A stretch of 64,000 nt of DNA from a virus. Taxonomy: Duplodnaviria; Caudoviricetes. The stretch lies in IMG/VR virus record IMGVR_UViG_3300044630_004692, positions 410-64,409 of that record, one strand, 5' to 3'. The position numbers and the translations under genes are program-made. The notes beneath the pieces were generated by a model. That model searched no databases, had not been told where the DNA came from, and was given only the letters and a program-made list of their open reading frames with translations. Positions 58,404 through 64,000 of this stretch are shown here, piece by piece. Numbering within the stretch: the first letter of the stretch is position 1; every line of letters starts with the position of its first letter.

Positions 58404-58718
58404 ATGAATTACACAACGTATTTTCTCAAATTTACTTCTGAAACTGAATTTGAAATTAAATTTGATGAAGTAGGATATAAATTTATAGATGAAGAAACTG
58501 AGACTACTTATTATAGAATTCCTGATGCACCAGGAGATATTGATATCATAGGAATAATTTATAACAATGATTCAGTTTATGATGAGAATGGAGAATTAAT
58601 CACACCTTCAACTCAAAAAGAAGGATTTCATGTAAATATTATTCTTAAAGGAGAGCTACCAGAATCTCTTCAAGAATACTCTATAAATCCTCAAAACCCT
58701 TATAGAATATTTGCTTAG
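58404..58718 (+). CDS. small fibre-associated protein, possible chaperone
   Basis: YFLKF...IDIIG...GFHVNI...PQNPYRIFA; follows the spike genes. Confidence 0.75.
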   Translation: MNYTTYFLKFTSETEFEIKFDEVGYKFIDEETETTYYRIPDAPGDIDIIGIIYNNDSVYDENGELITPSTQKEGFHVNIILKGELPESLQEYSINPQNPYRIFA

Positions 58719-58774
58719 ATATAATTTGTCAACCCCAACAGAGTCATTGTAGCAAGTTTTTGAACCCTTGTCAA
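58704..58774 (-). promoter_or_regulatory. one strong and one weaker antisense sigma70 promoter
   Basis: Minus strand TTGACA(58774-58769)-17-TACAAT with TG extension; TTGACA(58732-58727)-17-TATTCT. Confidence 0.6.
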
Positions 58775-58778
58775 CCCC

Positions 58779-58807
58779 TTGACAAATGCCTATAAATAAG
58801 TTATGAT
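58779..58807 (+). promoter_or_regulatory. sigma70 promoter with nested late promoter
   Basis: TTGACA-17-TATGAT; TATAAATA at 58791. Confidence 0.7.
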
Positions 58808-58836
58808 TTACCATATCAACATTTTGGAGTAAATTA

Positions 58837-59034
58837 ATGAAACCTGAACAGATTAAAGAAAACTTTGAAGAACAACTTAAGAGTGCAAATGAGCAAATTG
58901 AAAAACTTCAAGCTGAAATTGCAAAACTAAGTGAATATCGTATCAAACTAATTGGAGGACTTGAAACACTTCAACTTATGGAAGAGAAAGAAGAAGAAGT
59001 AACCGAAGCAACTACAGAAGTAGTTAGTGAGTGA
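58837..59034 (+). CDS. coiled-coil hypothetical protein
   Basis: 65-aa ORF, GGAG RBS. Confidence 0.8.
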   Translation: MKPEQIKENFEEQLKSANEQIEKLQAEIAKLSEYRIKLIGGLETLQLMEEKEEEVTEATTEVVSE

Positions 59035-59306
59035 TGAAAGATTACTCAAATGAAATCAAAACTGAACTTTTAGATAAACTTAAAAATCTGTCAGAGACTG
59101 TTTCTGGTTCTCTAACAGATTTATCTAAAGGAAAACCAGTTTTTAGTGATGATTCTATTTCTTCTTCAAGAATGGCTATTTGCAAAAACTGTGATGATTT
59201 CAATCAACAAACTACACAGTGCCGCCGTTGTGGTTGTTTTATGAGTGTAAAAACAAAATTAAAGCATGGTTCTTGTCCTATTGGTAAATGGGGAAAAGAT
59301 GTATGA
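59031..59306 (+). CDS. Cys-rich protein (DUF6171-like)
   Basis: RMAICKNC...QCRRCGCFM..KT....SCPIGKW. Confidence 0.8.
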   Translation: MMKDYSNEIKTELLDKLKNLSETVSGSLTDLSKGKPVFSDDSISSSRMAICKNCDDFNQQTTQCRRCGCFMSVKTKLKHGSCPIGKWGKDV

Positions 59307-59452
59307 AAACAAAAATTTTAGATATGATTTTAAAAGAAAGATGTGACCGTTTTCAACAACTTATTGAAGAAGGTAGGTACGAAGATGCAATTTCTATTGG
59401 TGAGGAATTTGATGAATGGATAGCGATTTGTCAAACTTGGCAGACAGAATAA
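59303..59452 (+). CDS. small hypothetical protein (49 aa, not in track)
   Basis: ATGA overlap; MKTKILDMILKERCDRF... Confidence 0.6.
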   Translation: MKTKILDMILKERCDRFQQLIEEGRYEDAISIGEEFDEWIAICQTWQTE

Positions 59453-59642
59453 CTAATATTGAACAAAAACTCACAGATTTACAAATTGTGATTAATAAGT
59501 TAATTTTAATGATACATATTGCAGACACTGATTTGAAAAATCAAACTCATTTATTGGATTCATAAGATTTCCTAATGACCGAACCTCTTGACATTTGAAC
59601 AAATCTCCTATATATTATTACATGTTCGACAGGGATTCAATC

Positions 59643-59807
59643 ATGGCTTACCTAAGTTACCGAGGGTCCATTCTGGATGAAATTCGGGATGAAATCAAAC
59701 TCGATAGTTACTATCGTAAAAGGGGACTTGACAACTATGATGAAGAGTCCTATGATGATTTCGCAAACGACTACGATTACGACTACACTTTCGATTACGC
59801 AGACTGA
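59643..59807 (+). CDS. small acidic hypothetical protein
   Basis: ATG at 59643 downstream of a TTGACA at 59588. Confidence 0.6.
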   Translation: MAYLSYRGSILDEIRDEIKLDSYYRKRGLDNYDEESYDDFANDYDYDYTFDYAD

Positions 59808-59816
59808 TTACTAACT

Positions 59817-59999
59817 ATGGGACGCACTTTTCGTAAAGGCAACAAATCTCAAACTGGCAGCCTTTCTGAGCTTCGCCAAAATGCATCACTTCAAGACCTT
59901 GAATATGATGAAGGATTCCAAGAATATAAAATTTCTGGAATGAAGCGTTGGAATCGTAATGATTCGACGTTCCGAGATTATGATGATTACGATTGTTAA
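59817..59999 (+). CDS. hypothetical protein (MGRTFRK...)
   Basis: 60-aa ORF; upstream TTGACA-18-TATGAT. Confidence 0.7.
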   Translation: MGRTFRKGNKSQTGSLSELRQNASLQDLEYDEGFQEYKISGMKRWNRNDSTFRDYDDYDC

Positions 60000-60036
60000 A
60001 CTTTCCATGGGGACTCTTTGAGTTCCCTTTTCTATT

Positions 60037-60222
60037 ATGACACATTACGATAAACTCATTGATACTATCAAAAACCATCTTTATCAATACTACGTCAGTG
60101 GCATTGATGGTGATATTTGGAGTGAATCCGAAACAGCTAAGTCTGCTGAATTAATTCTCAAAGCAGTAGAAGAGTTTCAAAACAATCGTGCTAAACTTAA
60201 TCAATGGAGAGCAAGTGACTGA
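60037..60222 (+). CDS. hypothetical protein
   Basis: 61-aa ORF. Confidence 0.7.
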   Translation: MTHYDKLIDTIKNHLYQYYVSGIDGDIWSESETAKSAELILKAVEEFQNNRAKLNQWRASD

Positions 60223-60364
60223 ATTTACACTTGAAGAAAAGAAACTAATTTATAATGCAGTTCGTACTTTTCAAATGAATCGAGTTGCATTGAATGGTAA
60301 AGAATATCAAATTTGTGATGAAATTTTAAACAAACTATTCACAGAAACTAGACTAGAACAATGA
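60215..60364 (+). CDS. small hypothetical protein (49 aa, GTG start, not in track)
   Basis: MTEFTLEEKKLIYNAVR...; overlaps both neighbours. Confidence 0.6.
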   Translation: MTEFTLEEKKLIYNAVRTFQMNRVALNGKEYQICDEILNKLFTETRLEQ

Positions 60365-60588
60365 AACCAGGAGACATAGTAAAGTATCTCGGTTGTACGC
60401 AAGAGCAAGTTAATTGGGGAAGTAATGATGACCCTAGAGGCGTACTAATGGAAAATACTCCTTACTATGTTGAGCATGTGTATGTACATTCTCAACATAC
60501 TAAAATAGAACTCAGAGGAGTTAAAGGTAAATTTAATTCAGTGTGTTTTGATGTACTACCAAAACGAGAAATTAAACGAAATTTTTAG
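60361..60588 (+). CDS. hypothetical protein
   Basis: MKPGDIVKYLGC...KFNSVCF. Confidence 0.75.
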   Translation: MKPGDIVKYLGCTQEQVNWGSNDDPRGVLMENTPYYVEHVYVHSQHTKIELRGVKGKFNSVCFDVLPKREIKRNF

Positions 60589-61252
60589 AGACACTTGGCC
60601 TAATCTAGGTTGGGCAGCGAGGAAAAACACTATGACACATGAAGAAATGCTTGAAGAAGCAGCAAAACGTGAAGCAGAAAATGATGATGACGATTTTGGA
60701 CAACTTGGTTATCTAAACCGTATGGAAAAAGAAAAAGTTGCCCGTGAAGAGGTAATGAAGATTGCTGTGGATGCTATTGACAAATACTCAGATGCTCTCA
60801 AAGAGCTTGCTGCCACTGAGAAAGAAGAACTGAAGCAACAACTGGAAGCACTGAAGAAAGAAAACTACCAGAAGGTTGCTAAATGTTGCATGGATGAATA
60901 TCGTGATAAGAATGGTGAGCGTCCAGATGATGAGCACTGGTTCTATATGTATTCTGAATACTTTGGCACTGGTGAAGGTCAAACAGTATCACTGATGGTA
61001 ACACAAGCACTTCCCCGTGGTGATGACTTTGACCCAGATGATAAGTATAAAACTATCACCACACAATCTTATCGTGCTGTTCGTGAGTTTCATGAAGAGT
61101 TTGGCACCTGGGAACTTCATGGTCTTCGCTTTTTTACCCGAGAGCAGTTTTATATGCAGTGTGCCTATTTCATTCCACCTGTGATGATGAAACTTGCTAA
61201 CGCTAATTGCTACAAGCATTTTCACACTCAAGTCCACTACAATTTTTCATGA
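60551..61252 (+). CDS. hypothetical protein (alternative start at 60632)
   Basis: Long ORF with an internal MTHEEML start. Confidence 0.7.
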   Translation: MYYQNEKLNEIFRDTWPNLGWAARKNTMTHEEMLEEAAKREAENDDDDFGQLGYLNRMEKEKVAREEVMKIAVDAIDKYSDALKELAATEKEELKQQLEALKKENYQKVAKCCMDEYRDKNGERPDDEHWFYMYSEYFGTGEGQTVSLMVTQALPRGDDFDPDDKYKTITTQSYRAVREFHEEFGTWELHGLRFFTREQFYMQCAYFIPPVMMKLANANCYKHFHTQVHYNFS

Positions 61253-61455
61253 GATTAGACCCACTCAAAACTGGATTCTATTATGTAGAATATGAATACA
61301 TGAATAAAATCAATAGAGCAGTATATTTTAATCTAGAATCTGCTCAAGAAGCATTAATTAAAATGGTCAAACGTAATGTTAAATGTAACGGATTACATGA
61401 ATGGAAAGAAAAACCACAAATTGTGAGTATTCAGAAAAAAATTAATCATGACTAA
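61249..61455 (+). CDS. hypothetical protein
   Basis: ATGA overlap. Confidence 0.65.
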   Translation: MRLDPLKTGFYYVEYEYMNKINRAVYFNLESAQEALIKMVKRNVKCNGLHEWKEKPQIVSIQKKINHD

Positions 61456-61669
61456 AAAATTTTGTAAGGATTGTAAGTGGTATCGTAAAGATTGGATTGA
61501 GACTATCATTTTTAGAACCAATAAGTATGATATGTGTGCTTGTCCAAATACTACTAATGACCTTGTAACTGGACATAAACAACGATTTTGTGATATGTTG
61601 AGAGCAAATTGTTGGAAAGAACTTGATTACTCTTGTGGACCAGAAGGTAAGTATTGGGAGGCAAAATGA
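61448..61669 (+). CDS. Cys-rich hypothetical protein
   Basis: FCKDCKWY...C...CGPEGKYWE. Confidence 0.75.
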   Translation: MTKKFCKDCKWYRKDWIETIIFRTNKYDMCACPNTTNDLVTGHKQRFCDMLRANCWKELDYSCGPEGKYWEAK

Positions 61670-61863
61670 CTGACAAAGAACTTTACAACCCAGACGAGTT
61701 TCTGCTTGACAATATCAAAGCCTACCACTACGAGGTGATGGATGAAGGTGAACATGTGTGGATGGCATTCTATTTTGAGAATGGTCGCACAGGGCACTTG
61801 AATATTTTCACCAACTGTGGTAAAATCAATACTCGATATGAGGAATGGATTAATGACACTTGA
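61666..61863 (+). CDS. hypothetical protein
   Basis: ATGA overlap, GGAG RBS. Confidence 0.7.
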   Translation: MTDKELYNPDEFLLDNIKAYHYEVMDEGEHVWMAFYFENGRTGHLNIFTNCGKINTRYEEWINDT

Positions 61864-62065
61864 CGAACTCTACGACTGTATCACTAAGATAGTTGCGTCT
61901 CCACATACTGCCATCACAGAACACGACAAACGCCGTGCTATTCAAATCTTTCTTGGGTTTGATGATTATTTGATTGACCATCTGCCAGGATATTGTAGTG
62001 ATGATTGTGTTATTGATTTTGGTGCTTATGCTTCAGAACAACTTGATATTCTAGAGGGAAAATGA
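61853..62065 (+). CDS. hypothetical protein
   Basis: ATG at 61853. Confidence 0.7.
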   Translation: MTLDELYDCITKIVASPHTAITEHDKRRAIQIFLGFDDYLIDHLPGYCSDDCVIDFGAYASEQLDILEGK

Positions 62066-62292
62066 CCTGGAAAGAATATTGGCAAATGACCAAGTGGGAA
62101 TGGTTTATTGAAGGTTTTCGCAACATCACATACATCATAGATTGTTATAATTTTCCAGAACCTTATGGGTATGATGACTTTTGGGAGGCATTATCTTGGG
62201 GTTGGTGTTGCGAATACATTTATCCTTATGACGACCCATATACCCCATATATTTCTCATGAAAGAAAACTAAGATTAGGAAGGTGGACATGA
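62062..62292 (+). CDS. Trp-rich hypothetical protein
   Basis: ATGA overlap; DFWEALSWGW. Confidence 0.7.
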   Translation: MTWKEYWQMTKWEWFIEGFRNITYIIDCYNFPEPYGYDDFWEALSWGWCCEYIYPYDDPYTPYISHERKLRLGRWT

Positions 62293-62636
62293 ATATACAC
62301 AGTATTATAATTTCAAACAAGTTCCTTCGATATACTCCATTTTGGTATTGGTATAGATTTATGTGTCATAATGACATGCGACTTGATGATAGACATTTAT
62401 CTGCTGACTTTTGGTATCAACTAAATTATGGCTGGTGGACTATGGAATATGATGCATTCATTCATAGTCCAGAGGCAGATGAAGCGGCTATGGGCATAAG
62501 TTCTCCTGAGGATATGCCAGATACCATATACTTGTCAGAAGAAGCTTTTGATTCTTTAATGGATAAAATTCAAAATCCAGCCCCACCAACTCCATTTTTG
62601 AGACAATTACTTTCTAGACCTGCACCATGGGATTAA
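62289..62636 (+). CDS. hypothetical protein
   Basis: DFWYQLNYGWW; C-terminal IYLSEEAFDSLM..IQNPAPP. Confidence 0.7.
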   Translation: MNIHSIIISNKFLRYTPFWYWYRFMCHNDMRLDDRHLSADFWYQLNYGWWTMEYDAFIHSPEADEAAMGISSPEDMPDTIYLSEEAFDSLMDKIQNPAPPTPFLRQLLSRPAPWD

Positions 62637-62640
62637 CATT

Positions 62641-62832
62641 ATGACTATCAGAGCAGAAGAAATCTGGAACACTTTTTGTGGAGAACTCACACAAGAAGGA
62701 ACAGAGGATATGAGACAGGCACTTGCTACTTCTATTCGTGTAGTTGCCGAACGACTTTACACAGACCTCGGGGAACTTCAACATCCATCTACCGTCCTTG
62801 AAGAAATTGCTGATGAGTTGGACAATCTCTAA
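62641..62832 (+). CDS. small protein, family A copy 1
   Basis: AEEIWNTF...TEDMRQALA..IRV...IADEL. Confidence 0.75.
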   Translation: MTIRAEEIWNTFCGELTQEGTEDMRQALATSIRVVAERLYTDLGELQHPSTVLEEIADELDNL

Positions 62833-62876
62833 ACCGTCACAAGACCTCACCACAGACCCTGTGAATGCCTTATAAT
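62820..62876 (+). promoter_or_regulatory. cyanomyovirus early-type promoter element
   Basis: GGACA-N11-GTCAC box upstream of TATAAT, with no TTGACA -35. Confidence 0.55.
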
Positions 62877-62899
62877 ACTCTCATACACACAGAAACCTG

Positions 62900-63109
62900 A
62901 TGACTAATCCAATCATTCCCAAAGTCGCATACATTCCTCTGGAATACCATATGTCTGTTGAAGATTTCTTGGAAGTTTGGAAAGATATGGAAATGGAAGA
63001 TGAACCAACCCAAGAAGATTATGATACTGCTGTTCTTGATAGGGCACAATCGTATTTTTATGATATGAGAGGATTATTTGAAAAGTACATTCGTTTGGAG
63101 GATGCCTGA
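62900..63109 (+). CDS. acidic hypothetical protein
   Basis: 69-aa ORF after the promoter. Confidence 0.75.
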   Translation: MTNPIIPKVAYIPLEYHMSVEDFLEVWKDMEMEDEPTQEDYDTAVLDRAQSYFYDMRGLFEKYIRLEDA

Positions 63110-63324
63110 TGACTACAGAACAAATTTTTGAACTTGCTAAAACCTGTGGATTTGATAGTTTCACAGGAGAAAAAGATGATGGGACACAAACTGATTATTG
63201 GGAGTGTTGGGAAGAACAACTGATTGCCTTTGCCCAAAAAATCTATAAAATGGGTTATGATGATGGTTGCTACGAAACATCTTATTTCACTGGATACACT
63301 GGACTTGTAGGAGACCCACAATGA
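63109..63324 (+). CDS. small protein, family B copy 1
   Basis: EQIFELAK...LIAFAQKIYKMGYDDG. Confidence 0.75.
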   Translation: MTTEQIFELAKTCGFDSFTGEKDDGTQTDYWECWEEQLIAFAQKIYKMGYDDGCYETSYFTGYTGLVGDPQ

Positions 63325-63527
63325 CTAATACAGCATACCAAATCTGGGAGACATTCAAGGCAGGTCTCAAAGATGAACCCACAGAGGATATGAAGCAAGC
63401 ACTTGGTAATGCTATTCGTGTGATTTCTTCTCTCATTCATAGAGATGGAGTGCTTGCAAATGAACCTTGGCTTACTCATACTGCTCAAGAACTGAATGAA
63501 TATGCTGATGAATTGGAGGCACTCTAA
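63321..63527 (+). CDS. small protein, family A copy 2
   Basis: AYQIWETF...TEDMKQALGNAIRV...YADELEAL. Confidence 0.75.
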   Translation: MTNTAYQIWETFKAGLKDEPTEDMKQALGNAIRVISSLIHRDGVLANEPWLTHTAQELNEYADELEAL

Positions 63528-63736
63528 TGATTTTAGATGAAGAAATCCTCAAACTTGTAAAAGAACACTTTGAAGAAGATTGGGATGAAAATGATGGTTG
63601 GGAGTATTCTGGAAACTTTGATGCCTTTGTGAAGTTTGCCCGAGCAATCTATGATGAGGGTTATACTAAAGGTTTCAAAGTAGGGCACGATGCTGGTTGG
63701 GAATTAAATGAAGAAGTATCACGCAGAGGATTATGA
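63527..63736 (+). CDS. small protein, family B copy 2
   Basis: EEILKLVK...FVKFARAIYDEGYTKG. Confidence 0.75.
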   Translation: MILDEEILKLVKEHFEEDWDENDGWEYSGNFDAFVKFARAIYDEGYTKGFKVGHDAGWELNEEVSRRGL

Positions 63737-63933
63737 CTGAACGAGCACAAAGGATTATGGAAGCATTTTATCTCACTTTCGCAGATAAAAGACAAGATTT
63801 TATTATTGAAAAACTTAATGATGATGCGATTGCTAATGTTCTCCGTGAAGTCATCAACCAACTCCAACAAAGTCCTGGTGTGATTATGTGTGCTGATGTG
63901 TTGGAATTGTGTGAGGAACTGGAGGCACTATGA
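63733..63933 (+). CDS. small protein, family A copy 3 (divergent)
   Basis: AQRIMEAF...AIANVLREV...LCEELEAL. Confidence 0.7.
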   Translation: MTERAQRIMEAFYLTFADKRQDFIIEKLNDDAIANVLREVINQLQQSPGVIMCADVLELCEELEAL

Positions 63934-64000
63934 AACTCTACCGATACAAGAAAGACGGACACCTTTATACTCTCTATGAGCAGTTAAGACCATTCTATAA
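63930..64000 (+). CDS. hypothetical protein, truncated by the window edge
   Basis: ATGA overlap, GGAGG RBS, MKLYRYKKDGHLY... Confidence 0.55.
   Translation, partial: MKLYRYKKDGHLYTLYEQLRPFY

Noticed and set aside
47243-58718. Diversity-generating retroelement, suggested by the Mtd-like N-terminus
   Set aside because: No reverse transcriptase and no adenine-specific TR/VR pair seen
1-64000. CRISPR array, integrase, IS element, rRNA
   Set aside because: No regularly spaced repeats or corresponding motifs observed

Overview
64 kb of an AT-rich T4-like cyanobacterial myovirus genome, with a gene set resembling freshwater Synechococcus/Cyanobium phages. 1-10.7 kb is a host-takeover and RNA-rich region: tRNA-Gly/Asn/Thr/Ser, cpeT, an SLH-domain porin, two hli genes, a GH24 endolysin, psbA, a PD-(D/E)xK nuclease, a 2OG-Fe(II) oxygenase and glutaredoxin. 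10.7-18.6 kb holds T4 core replication genes (rnh, thyX, DenV-like glycosylase, phoH, exonuclease, gp33, gp59, gp32). 18.6-33.8 kb is the baseplate/tail module (gp53, gp48, gp4, gp2, gp54-like, gp26/gp51, two paralogous tape-measure-like proteins, hub, CP12, gp5), followed by tRNA-Leu and speD. 33.9-58.7 kb encodes a 4299-aa virion protein and a fibre/spike cluster; 58.8-64 kb is an array of small, probably early ORFs. The most notable signals not shown in the ORF track are: (1) a compact, circularly permuted two-piece tmRNA at about 2486-2676 with a G3.U70 acceptor stem and a cyanobacterial-type tag (A)LNNIVKFERTSVAV; (2) a U-UUU-UUC slippery site that would fuse gp26 to a gp51 frame lacking a start codon, directly upstream of the tape-measure-like genes, like the lambda G/GT frameshift; (3) a separately promoted tRNA-like RNA with a shortened anticodon arm; (4) a manA-like repeated RNA module and another unassigned structured RNA; (5) antisense sigma70 promoters aimed into the fibre operon; (6) apparent absence of GATC. 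All family calls come from motif recognition by eye, not database searches.
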